This document shows, piece by piece, positions 48,740-60,335 of a stretch of 64,000 nt of DNA. The translations under genes and the position numbers were made by a program. Under the pieces are notes generated by a model, which did not search any database, had not been told where the DNA came from, and was given only the letters and a program-made list of their open reading frames with translations. Source of the DNA: Guillardia theta CCMP2712 (Eukaryota > Protista > Cryptophyta); contig NW_005434636.1 of the NCBI RefSeq assembly GCF_000315625.1, positions 455,298 to 519,297 of the forward strand. Reading direction: 5' to 3'. Positions within the stretch are counted from its first letter, which is position 1, and the number at the start of each line of letters is the position of its first letter.

Positions 48740-49911
48740 TTAAAGATCCTTCTCGAGCCTGACAAACTGAAGTTTTATCTTGGGCTTGCCCACGTTCTGG
48801 TCCTCTGGGAACGGCGCCTGCTCGTCAATGTCAAGGCTTCACCAGCTCTGCCTCGCAAGCTCTCACCGTCTCCTCCGTCCGCTTGTAACCGCGTCGCAAG
48901 TACCAGGAGAGGATGTCGCCGCGGTTCTCGAGCACGAACATGGTTGCCTTCCTCGCCCCAAGGGCTTCCCGTGCGAACTCTGGGAGGAGAGAAGGAGAGT
49001 CAGAGAAGCAGAGGAGCAACTATGGTACCTTCTGCTGTCTGCAGCAGAGAGCTGCCGATTCTCTTGGACTGCATGTCCGGATCGACCGCAAACATGCCCA
49101 CCTCTGCCATGTCCTCCGCGACCTTCTCGACCTTGATGCATCCAACGGGTCGCCTGGCAAGCCGGTCACCCCCGACCCGCAGCAGCACAGTCAGCAGCAC
49201 TCTTGACACGATGCCACGAAGACTGTTGCCTTGGGATCTTCCAGCGCCTGCAGCATGGCTGGCATGTCGATCCTGATGCCGTCGATGAAGCGCATCTCTC
49301 CAGTCCATCCTTCCCGTCCATCCTTTCCCCGGTATGCCCAATTCACCAATCGCACGAGCTCCTCTGCCGACTCTGATGACGCATGAGAAATCTCCACGGG
49401 CTGCGAGCTCGGTTGCTCGTCCTTATCTGCCTTGTTCGTAGAGTAACCGAGAGCGTCCGCCATGGCCTTGGCGTTCTTCGCCTTCTGGAGAAACATGGTC
49501 TTGGATGTACTGCCATCCCGTCAGTCATCGCAGTCGCCCCCAGCTCCTCCTCCTCCTCCTCCTCCTCCTCCTCCTCCTCCACACCCACCCACAGCCCCTC
49601 CACCACCACAGAAACTCCTCCTTCCTTCCCCCATTCTTCCTTCCTCCCCTCGCTCCTCCTCCTCACCCCGGCGGCAGTTTAGCTGCCTTGCCGAGCAAGT
49701 CCTTGGAGAGAGACAAGTACTTCTTCCTCTTGGCTTCTCTCTCGTCCTCTCCATCGCTGGCGCTCATGGCAAACCTACGGAGCGAGCAGGCAGAGGACGC
49801 TCGCAAGACTGGGGACAGGAAGGAGGATGTAGGCATGCGCTGGAAAGCGCCTAGGATCAGCGCATGGCTGACGACCACGAGGCCTCTGAGGAGGAAGCCA
49901 GCTCTGGGCAT
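48740..49911 (-). CDS. GNAT-family N-acetyltransferase, probably plastid-targeted
   Basis: LVRLVNWAYRG..GWTGE, VGMFAVDPDMQSKRIGSSLL (motif A), ILSWYLRRGY. A putative first exon has a signal peptide plus AF motif (LILGAFQRMPTSSFLS). Confidence 0.85.
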
Positions 49912-50298
49912 TTTACTGGGGATCTAGCGCAAGAGGAGGAAGAGGAGGGAACCTCGAAGGCGGGAGGGAAGGGGAGGAGAGGGAAGGGGAGGAGAGGGAA
50001 GGGAGGGAGGGAGGGAGGGAGGGAGGGAGGGAGGGGAGGCGAAGATGTGCCTGACTGCAACGCTGATGCAACAATCAGGCGGGAGGAGGGGGATAAACAA
50101 TTGAGCGGTGTCGGGGAGACTCAACATGGCGGGGAACATGGCGGGGGCAAGGATGAGCGATCTGGATGCTGGAAGGGAGTGGGGAGGAGGGGAGGAGGAG
50201 GAGAGGGATGGGAGGAGGAGGAGAGGGATGGGAGGAGGAGGAGAGGGATGGGAGGAGGAGGAGAGGGAGGACGGGACTCGATCGCTTCAGTCGGAAGG

Positions 50299-52448
50299 TC
50301 ACGGGTTACCTAGAGCTTCCACCTTCTCCCTAAAGAGCCGCATCTCCTCCTCGCATCCCCCCACGAGACTTTGAACAAGGAAGGGATAGGCGAACTGAAA
50401 CTCCGGCCTGTGAGAGCTGAACCTTGACCTGGCTCGACCCTCTCTCTTGGGCATGCCGAAGGAGGAAGAGAGGGCGACAAGGTCTTGGTCGTCCAGCTCG
50501 ATCCCGAACTTGGCGAACACGTCCATGAGGGACTTCGCCTCCAGCAACAGGGATCTGCTTGCGTCATGCGCCTCAATCCTCTCCACCAGCTCCTCCCTGG
50601 TGAAGCTTGCGTCTTCGAGCAGCTTTCGTCTCAACCTCGCCAGCACGCCTTCGATCTCAGCTGCTCCGAAAGTTGACACTCCACCTCCCGACGCTAAGGA
50701 GGATGGTGCAGGAGCGACACTGCGAGCAGCTCTGAGGGCAGGGCCCTCGGTCTCGTTGACGCGGCTTGTGGAAGCGGCATGGAGGAACTTCATGTCCACC
50801 AGGTTGTCGTTAAGGTCCAGGACGTTGATGCTGGTGTTGCGGCGGAGGAGGTCGTGGAGGAGGAGCTGAGAAGCGTTGGTCAAGCCGTTGGCACGCAAGG
50901 AGAGGCTCGTAAGGCTTGAGTTCTCTCTGAGAGCAGAGTAAAGCTCCTTGAAACCCTCGTCTCCCAGCATGTTGTGGCTCAAGTCCAACCCTGCTAGCGG
51001 CACCGTGCTCCTCAGCAAGTCTCCGATCCTCCTGGCTCCCACGGCCGTCAGGTTGTTGTACTTGAGTACCAGCATCTGCAGACATTGATTGTCGGAGGCG
51101 ACCAAGTGCGAGCACAAGTCCTGCACAACAGCATCGCCAAGGAACATGAAGCTGCAGTCAAGGCTGGTCTGCGTCGGCGACAGCCGGAAGGCATGGTGAT
51201 GGAAGGTGTGGAGGACTGTTGTGAAATCTTCGACGTTGATGGTCAGGAAGTGGTTGTGGGTGATGACGTCATCATGCCCGTCGTCGCTGACAATCGCCGT
51301 GTCCGTCCTGAAAGCTTTTCCCTCCAGCGCTCCTCTCCCGATCAGCTCTCCTTTGTGAATGACGTGAGACAAGCAGTCGCTCCTCTCAGCTCCCGTCCTC
51401 ATGTAGATATCAACCGATCCTGCATAGTCCTCCAGGAAGGGCGAACATCCCAACAGCAGCCAAGCCTTGGATGCGAACTCCTTCTCTTTGTACAAGTAGA
51501 AGCCTTCTTGATGCGTCTCGTGGTATGCGATGCTGAAGCAATCAGAGCTTACACGAGGGTCGCAAGACGGGAGGCGTCTAACCTCGTCAGGTCTTGCATT
51601 TGCGCCTGGTTCAATCGCTGGGAGAGGAAGGCGTTGCTCTGAATGACCTCGAGAATAGCGTTTGCATCTTCGCTCGACCTTCACAAGCAGGTGAGACTAG
51701 CAACACTGAAACAACAAACCTTGTCTCCGGTGGCTTCTTGAGACGAGCTGCCAACGTCTCTACTTCACTCATGTGATGCTCTGACGTCTCTTGTGCCAGA
51801 GTGTCCGGAGCTCGTGACAGCCTGAAAGACCATCACAGACGAATCAGCTGTAGATCACAACTTAGACTACTTCTCTCCTCCGGTCTTGGACAGGTTGTCA
51901 TCGATCTTCTTCATCAGGGCTTTCGAGTCTTCATTGTCAAAGACATTTCTTGCTTCTTCCAAGTTTCTTCTCATCCTTTGTTGAAAATACTCATACTCTG
52001 TCGTCTGGCAAGTTTGTTTGGTACGTGAGTTCTTCGTTTCAATCAAGTTTTGTCGTACCTGCCCCATCTTCAAGTAAAGCCTGCAAAGGTTCTCGCATGC
52101 CTGTCTCTGATCAGCTGCGTTTAAGAACTGATCGCTGCTGAGAACTAGCAGCTTCTTGTATTGTTCGATAGAATCAAACAGCTTCCCATTGCTCTCAGCA
52201 GCTGCTGCCTTGCGTATCAGATCATAGCGTTCCTGCCTGTATCGTCGGAGCTCCGCATAGTAGGAATGGCTCCAAGAATAACTCTGGCGTTGCTTCGCCT
52301 CCGATTCATTTTCATCTTCCTCACTTCCTCCTGTTCGGTGTGCTTGGATGGCATCAGAGATCAAGTTTTCCAAACGAGCTTCTAGTTCCTCATCATCCTC
52401 GCTATCAGACACTCCGTTCACCCGCGGCTTTTCTTTCGTCGTTCTCAT
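50299..52448 (-). CDS. Ribonuclease-inhibitor-type LRR protein with C-terminal EF-hand-like region
   Basis: LQMLVLKYNNLTAVGA, LAGLDLSHNMLGDEG, LTSLSLRANGLT, INVLDLNDN; C-terminal HDASRSLLLEAKSLMDVFAKFGIELDDQDL. Confidence 0.7.
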
Positions 52449-52845
52449 GTTTCTTGCGCGACTTCTACTCTCTTCCGAGTCACAGACAGCGGCAGTGGTA
52501 GCTCCTTCCTACGGGCATGCCATGGACGAACTTCGCTTGGTGTTTAACCGCCGGTAGCATCGCGATGAGCTCACCCCAGATATTCAATTAGAAGCAAAGA
52601 AGGACAGCAACGGCCCATAGAGCACAACTCAGTGTGTCGTAGTATTTTTGACTTAACTTTGAGTAAAAAGCGGAGGAATAAGTTTCAAGGGTGGTGCCAG
52701 TAAAGAAACCCTCAAAGGGTGGGGTACCATACGGTAATTCATGGGGTACTGGGGGTGGACGGGGCCGCAGTGAAACTCACAGGAGGCGAGGTGGGTCTGT
52801 TTGACTAGATGACATGATTTGAGACAGCCGGGAGAAGTGGCCGGG

Positions 52846-53166
52846 AGCGAAGTGAAGGAGCGAAGTGAGGGAGCGAGGTGAGGGAGCGAGGTGAGGGAGC
52901 GAGGTGAGGGAGCGAGGTGAGGGAGCGAGGTGAGGGAGCGAGGTGAGGGAGCGAAGTGAGGGAGCCAAGTGAGGGAGCCAAGTGAGGGAGCCAAGTGAGG
53001 GAGCGAGGTGAGGGAGCGAGGTGAGGGAGCGAGGTGAGGGAGCGAGGTGAGGGAGCGACGTGAGGGAGCGACGTGAGGGAGCGACGTGAGGGAGCGAGGT
53101 GAGGGAGCGAGGTGAGGGAGCGAGGTGAGGGAGCGAGGTGAGGGAGCGAGGTGAGGGAGCGAAGTG
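52846..53166. repeat. 13-bp minisatellite (gtgagggagcgag)n, ~24 units
   Basis: Directly visible, with clustered variants ending cgaa, ccaa and cgac. Confidence 0.97.
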
Positions 53167-53352
53167 TGTCAAGGGAGAGATGAGAGTGCGATAGCATGAT
53201 AGGGAGCAAGAGGACACTATGACTGGGGGTTGGTAATAAGATGCTTGAGGATTGTTTATCTCTACCAAATCTTCAAACTTAACAGTGCCTCAGGTATCGC
53301 TTTCTTTCCCCCTTGGAAGAGGAGTAGTTTCAGTGCGGATGGCGGCTGAAGC

Positions 53353-54847
53353 ATGAAGGGTTTGGACCGGTCAGTCCCAGTCAGCAACGAATCAATCCGC
53401 AACTCCAAGGTGAGGGGGTATGGATACTTGAACTCTAAATTCCGCTCCTCCTTCGACCAAGACCTCGAGAGCTACGCCAGTCAAGACAACCAGAGCAGCA
53501 TGTCAACAGGAAGCAAGAATGTCCTCGTCGTCAAGGGCAGAGCCCCTCACTCGTCAGACGATCAGTGCTATTGAAATCATGGACACGACTTGTGATTGAC
53601 ATCTTTTGCTCAGTAATAGAGACTCTACTACTGCTGTTGGCAAGGCACATTCCTCAACATCCAGCGGTATCTTGCGCGATGCTGTCACGTGGTTGTATTT
53701 TGACACTTGGTCTTGTCATCGTTCAAGGATATCTCGACAGTCCCCTGCCTTCAGCTCAACGACCTCAGGTCGTCAAGGATGCTCGTCCGGGTGGAAGCCA
53801 TGAGAAAGGACCTGCGTCGCAAGAAGGAGCCTCGTTCGAGCAAGTGGACTTGAGCTTTGAGGAGGAGCCAACCTACTCTCAGTTCACCGAGGAAGAGGAC
53901 TACATGTCCATGAGCCATGCGTTTCACCGTCTGGGAGAGTGAGAGAGGATGAATTGTGGGCCTTGATGCGATGACTCCACCGTCCTCTTCGCAGGTTGGA
54001 GTCAAAGAATTTATTGCCCGAGGTCGTGTGCAACAGTTTGCTGCAAATGTTTGTTGCTTTTCAGGTAGGCACAAACACTTATGAGGATGATGATGAGGAG
54101 GAGAAGGAGGAGAAGGAGAAGGTGGTCGTGGTGGTGGAGGAGGACTCACGCCTCTGCAGGCCGATGAAGACAACCCAAACGCAGAGAAGTTGGCAAAAAA
54201 AATCCGGAGAGCCTTGGCAAGAATCGCAGAGAGCGAAAAAACGAGCCCTCCACCTTCCTTCCGAGTTGATAGCAAGACCAAGAAGCTCCTCCAGCATCCC
54301 CCTCCTCCTCCAGGCCTCCTCGACGCCCTCCCGAAGCGCACAGGAGGGTCAAGCGTGCACTCGTCGCCTCTGGCACAAAGCTTGCGAGGTCCAGGAGGGT
54401 CAAGCACAAATACATCTCCTCTAGCACAAAGTTTGCCAAGGTCCAACAGCCTCTCCCCAGGTCAGAACAGTCGCAAGTGAACCTGTTCCTTCCTCCTCCT
54501 CCTCGTCCCTTGTCCCTCGTCCCTCTTCCACTCCCTCTTCCTTGCCCCTGCTCCTGCTCCCTCCTAGCCACACGTTGATGCCTGCATCAGTGGCCAAGTC
54601 TCGGAACTCGGAGGACGAGGACGATCTCCTGCGGATGCTCAACAACAAGGACGAGGCCAAGTCGGCGCCCGGGAGCCGAAAGTCGTCGATCGCTGAGAGC
54701 CTCCCACAGTTCCAGATACTACAGAACTTCCGGCCCAAGAAGTTAATTCAAGGCGGTTCCGAGCGCTCCTTCCAGCTCGACCTCAAGCACCAGCTGGGCA
54801 AGGCGAGCCTGCGGGACCAGGGGAGCACGCAGAGTCTGTTTGACTAG
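53353..54847 (+). CDS. Hypothetical low-complexity multi-exon protein
   Basis: Chain of S/P/E-rich ORF segments separated by plausible introns. No domain recognised. Confidence 0.45.
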
Positions 54848-57800
54848 CAGAGGGCAGGTAGCAGCTCATGAAGTCCTCCCTCTTCCCCTCCGCTCACCCC
54901 ACATGCCTCACGAGGACAAACGCTCCTTTTACAGCAGAGGCGCTCTGATCCAGCATCGTCAGCTTGGTTTGAGCAGGACCAGACGGACCTGTCTGACTTG
55001 ATCGACAGATCAGACACGTTGCTCATCTCTCTCTCCCTCCTATCGCTCTCCTCCTCCTCCTCCTGCGGGGCTCCCGTGCCGCCTGCGGCACGACAAGTCT
55101 CAGTGCGATCCCCTCGTCTCCCCTCCCCCTACGAGCTCCACCGAGAAGATCGTCGGTGATCTTGAGATCTGTCGGCAGAGCGTCAACAACAGGAGGGAGG
55201 CAGCAGCTCGACCCCACCAGGGATCAAGTAGAAGGTGAGGGGGACGAGGAGAAGAGGCAGGAAGATGTGCGCGACGGCGATCAGGAGAGACAGGCCGTCC
55301 CAGCTGAAGATTACCTCACATGCTCAAGTCTGACTGACAAACTTGCTGTCTACCTGCAAGGCGCGTCTGTGCGGATGTTGAAGATGGTGATGAAGAAGAC
55401 GCCGACAGTGCGGGAGACTGGAGGCATGTTGTCAAACTTCCTCTCTAGCTGATCCCGGCTTCAATAAACCGCCAAAAATGCTTCTCACCTTGCTGACCGA
55501 AGTTCTGGAAGCCGGCCTTGAATGATGACGTCAGCACAAGCTCGAGGATGAGAGGGAGGAGGAGCGAGGAGAGGAAGGAGAGAAAGCTGCCTCACGAGCA
55601 TCGCGTAGGTCGTGGCTTCCAGGTCCTTCGCGCAGAGCTTCGAGGTGAGAACGACTGGATCCACGTCAGCTCCTCTGCTTCTCCTCGCGCTCGACGAGCT
55701 CACCGGCAGGCATGAAGTTGAGGGTATAGCAAACTTCGTAGATGATGGCGTCCCCGATCTTGCCTCCCGTCATTCGATGCAGAGAACCACAAAAAAGATC
55801 ACCATGTACATGGTCTTGTCCGATATCCCTGTCCCATCCAGTCACTCTACATCCTCGATCTCGTTCTTGTCCTTCTCTCCTCCCCATCCTTACCCCTCTC
55901 CATCCCTTCCTCCCCTCCCTCACAGAGACTCACAAGCATTCGCCCCAACCCCCTGCGTGCTCGTCCCTCCTTATCTCTTCCGTTCCTCCTCCCTCCTCCC
56001 TCCTGCTCACCAAGCCTTCGGTTCCACCGATTGACGATGAGGATGTCAAAAATCCCCCCGGCACATCGCAGAACCACCGAGACCCAGAAAATGCGACGTA
56101 GCCGCCAGTTTCCCATGATCGCCTGGAAGAGGATGACGCCGGCCCATGCGGCTATGGATCCGACGATGCGAACTGACAAGGCGTGACGAGGAGAGAAGAG
56201 GACAGGAGGGAAGAGGGAGAGGGAAGGGAGAGGGAGAGGAGGAGGGAGAGGGAAGGGAGAGGGAGAGGAAGAGGGAGAGGGGCAGTAGGAGAAGGGCAGT
56301 AGAAGAGGGTTGGCAAGTCGGGAAGATCGAGAGGGGAGGAGAATGAGTGGTACCGTAGGTGCTGTAGTAGGTGTAGTCGAAGTGAGGACCGCCAGGCACG
56401 CACTCCTCCTGCGAAAGTGTCAGATTTGATGACAGGGGGAGGAGGAGGAGGAGGAGGAGGAGGAGGAGGAGGAGGAGGAGGAGGCACCTCAGCAGTGAAC
56501 CAGTAGTCGAGCGCTCCTCCTCTGCCGATGTTTCCGTCACACAGCGCACAGAGAGTTTCAAGGCGAGGAGAGAGGAGAAAGGATGGGAAAGAAGCGACAG
56601 AGGAGAGGAGGCGGAAGATGGGTAAGGAGGTAAGGGGGAAGAAGTTTTGGGCGGAGAAAGGGAGGAAGGTCGACATTTGAACGTAGAGAGCGGCGTCCAA
56701 AAACATGAAGAGATTGCAGAGAGCAAGACGACGAGGTAAGCAAAATTGTCTGGAATAGAAACGATCAGTAGCAGCAAAAGGGTGAAGAAGAGGAGCAGAG
56801 GAGGGGAGAGAAGAGGACGAGGAAGAGGACGAGGAAGAGGAAGAGGAAGAGCGAAGGCAGGAAATCAAAGTCTCACGCCATCACACACAGGACGGCAGAT
56901 ACTGTGATGGTATAGCCGAGCTGATGGAGCGAGCGGGGTCAATCTCACAGGGAGAGCAGCTCCGGACTCACCTGCACGGCAATCTGCTTAGAGAAGTAGA
57001 GGTTGATGATCGCCTGCGAGGAAGGAGACGGTCAGCTGGCGCTTTCAGGGCAGCAGGAGAATACTTGCACTAGAGCGGCAAGGGCCATGCAGAGCGCAAG
57101 ACCTGGAGATAAGCTAGCATGTCAAAGAGGAGCAACTTGAGGAGCAGGAACGGACCGAAGAGCTTCTGGTGCTCTTTGAACTTGTTCCATCGGAACTGTG
57201 AAGCAGCGTCAGCGGAACCCAGCGCCCTCCCAGCTCGTCGCCCTACTCCTCTCATCGACGCAGGTTGTACAGGGTCGCTCAGCCAGCCGAGGGCTACTGG
57301 AATCATGACCTGCGGCATGTCAGACGACCAGGAAAAGACTGTTTGCCCTGATGCCCTTCCTTTCCTCTCCCTCTCCTGTTGCTGTTGCTGTTGCTTCCTC
57401 TCGTTTTTCAGCCGCCCATCCCCTCCCATCCTCTCCTCATCCACCTGTGCTGCTATAGGAAAGCAGATCCAGAAGATACTCGAGATGTGTCCCTTGTCCG
57501 AGATAGGGCCTGGTGAGCGATCGCGATGAGGAGGAGGCACTGAGAGGCACTAGCAGAGGATCTCCTCTTAAGTGGGGAGGGAGCGCGAGATCGTCTCGAC
57601 AAAGGAGAATGGACAGCTTAGAGCTTCTTCTGACCTGTTATCCCAGCTGCACATAAACTTCCCACATGGTAGGTCGCCCACACCCAGGTGACGATGTCTC
57701 CTCCCGTCTGAGCAGGACGTGAGCAAGAGAGGCAGCAAGGCTAGGGATACATGCGGTCGCATGCGCATCAGCTCTGCGTACTTCCCTTCGCACCTGAGAT

Positions 57801-58900
57801 TAGCCTTCAGAAAGCACCGACTCCAGCTTCCTCCTCCTCCTCCTCCTCCTCCTCCTCCTCCTCCTCCTCCTCCTCCTCCTCCTCCTCCTCCTCCTCCTCC
57901 TTACAGTAGGTCCACCACAGCAGTTTCCACGCTCGCAAGGAAGAAGAGGCAAGCAGACATGCCGGCAGAAAGCTTGAAACTTCCCAGCAAGAGGAAGCTA
58001 CAAGCCCGTCAAAGAAAGACTCGAGGAGAACTGACGTTACCTCAAAGAGCCCAGGGCGGCAGCTAGGAGGATGTAGGAGTTCTTGTGATATCCCGCCATC
58101 GGCCACTACGTGCAGAGTGACCTGAAGATCGAGGACGACAAGGGAAGGGGCAGACAAAGGAAGGAGCAAGAGAAAGGGAAAAAGGGTTCAAGTCCACAAG
58201 GACGTGGATTTGGAGGAGGCAGGCAGTACCACATCAGAGATTGTGCCGAAGAATCCTTTCATGGCGAAGGGAGTGACTGCGATAGAGCCATAGATCTGAT
58301 ACTGCCTGCCGTCCACCCCGAGCTTCTTATAGTAGGGAAGCTGAACGAGCCTGAGAGGGCGTTTCGGTCATGGAGCTGAAAAAGAAGGAGCAGCGGGGAG
58401 GAGGAGGAGGCGGAGGCGGAGGAGGTTGAGGAAGACGGACCCTGTGAATGTGTAGAGAGCTCCCTTGACGCCGAAGTAAGCTGAGGGAGAGGCAGCAAGT
58501 CAGAGTGAGCTTCTTAAAGACTTGGCGCACTACCCGACAGCAACATGACGAGAAACTTCCATCCGAAGTTCGCTTCCAGTCGCTTCATGTAGTCTGCTGC
58601 TGAGCGGAATGGGTGTGCAAGGAAGGATTTCCAGCCAGCCTGATCGATGCTCGGTCTTGAAACAAGCGCAAGTCAAGGAGGGTCAAAGGACTCGAAGGCA
58701 GTGGCACCTTCGGGGAGGCATTTCTTCCGTGGAGTCCTGCAAAACATCGTCGTCCCGCTTCATCTCAACAATCTTGACAACGGAACGGCTGATGGCAGAC
58801 AAGTCGTCAGGGGGGATCAAGATTGTCCCCTCCATCATGTTCAAAGACTCGTCCAGCTCTCGCTGTACGTACCACGTCTCTCTACCTTACGATCATGCAA
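54844..58900 (-). CDS. Folate-biopterin transporter (BT1/FBT family, MFS), many exons
   Basis: YMKRLEANFGWKFL, IGDAIIYEVCYTLNFMP, VVLTSKLCAKDLEATTYAML|AGFQNFG match BT1 signatures. Ends are approximate. Confidence 0.8.
57829..57901. repeat. (CCT)n microsatellite, intronic
   Basis: About 24 uninterrupted units. Similar tracts occur at ~4822-4855, 49544-49580 and 56438-56483. Confidence 0.95.
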
Positions 58901-59228
58901 AGCCCATGTTTTCCTCAGCTTGTACGACAAGTTGACGTCAGCTACTCCACTACCTTCTGCCTGTCTCTCCTCGTCCCCCTGATACCTGTCCTGATCTCTT
59001 CTTCTCCCTCCCCTTCCCTCTTTCTCCTCGCCCCTTCCTGCACTGTCGGGAATACTTCGATCGTCGGGAGGACGAAGTACGTGGTGGTCGGGAACTTGAG
59101 GGAAATCAGGGGGTAGTAAAGGGCACCTGGTGGGTGGTGGTGAAAATCGGGGTCAAAAGTATCCACAACGATACACAAATTGTTTCGTAAGAGTGCAAGC
59201 CCTCCGACAAGGGCCACGGGCGGGCGAC

Positions 59229-60211
59229 ATGGCGAGGGTAACCAGGGAGGATGCGACGCAGGAGAGGAGCACGAGGAGCTACCGCAGGCGCTACGATGGC
59301 AGAGTACCCAACGCTCCCTCCTGCTCCTCCAACCTTCGGTTCTACCGCAACGAGATCCCCTCCTCTCCCCATGGCGCCTTGATCGAAGTGATCCTGAACG
59401 AATGGAAGGACGACATGCGGCTGCTAGAGACCCACCATGGTTACGTGCAGTGGTTGTTCCCCATCCACGAGGAGGGGATGAACGCCAACGCGCAGGTCCT
59501 GCAGGTGCACGAGGCAGAGAGGATGAAGGCGGACCCTCAGATCCGAGAGAGGATGAAGCGCTCTTACGCCATGATGATGCGCTTCTACGGGGCTGATGTC
59601 GTGAACTTTGTGACCGGAGAGCTCAGGAGGAGCGAGAACTTCAGAGAGCGATTGAACAACCTGAATCAGAGGGCTCACAACTGGCTGCGAGTCTCAAGAG
59701 TCCTCAAGTGGCTAGGAGAGGTAAGTTGATGTCCATGCTGTCGTATCAACCCCTGACGAGAGCGGTGGGGGGGGAGCAGGTTGGCTTCGAGCACTACAAG
59801 CTGCCTCTTGTCTTCTTCCTAGCGTACGAGACGCTGGACTCCAAGCTCTTGTCAAGGTGCTCGGACTCCCTCGTCGACTTCTGGATCGGAACCCTGCGGC
59901 GAGACGGGGAGCTCGATGTCATTCTCGCCTACATCAACCGCGAGCTGTCAGCCGATGACCTGCTGCAGCAGATCCGTTCTACCTCGCGGTGCCCAGCAGA
60001 AGAAGCATCTCCCTCACCCTCAAGCTCCTCCCAGCCTCCACCTCCGAGCCCCCAACGTCCGGAAGCAGCGGCTGCAGTCGAGCAGCCCGACGAGAACCCT
60101 GGGCTGAGCAGCGCAGGCGACGACACGGCGCACAATCTGCAGGCAGACAGCGAGAACGACGGGAATCCAGTGCAGCAGGACGAGGAGACAGCTGAAGACA
60201 AGGCGAAGTGA
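59229..60211 (+). CDS. Opioid growth factor receptor (OGFr_N) domain protein; intron 59721-59779
   Basis: NLRFYRNEI..EW..LETHHGYVQWLFPIHEEGMN..HNWLRVSRVLKWLGE|VGFEHYKLPLVFFL is the OGFr conserved region. Confidence 0.9.
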
Positions 60212-60335
60212 CCTGTCTCCACTTGTTCTCTTTTGCTCCTGTCGAACCTTCACATTCATTACTTGCAGATATTTCATTTTTTGGTCTCCAATGAACCCTT
60301 GTGTAAGGAGTACTAGAGCGACTCTCATAGCAGGT

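Noticed and set aside
52653-53268. ORFs with SLTSLPHLAPSPR repeats
   Set aside because: Translation of a stop-free 13-bp minisatellite in all three frames, with no coding evidence.
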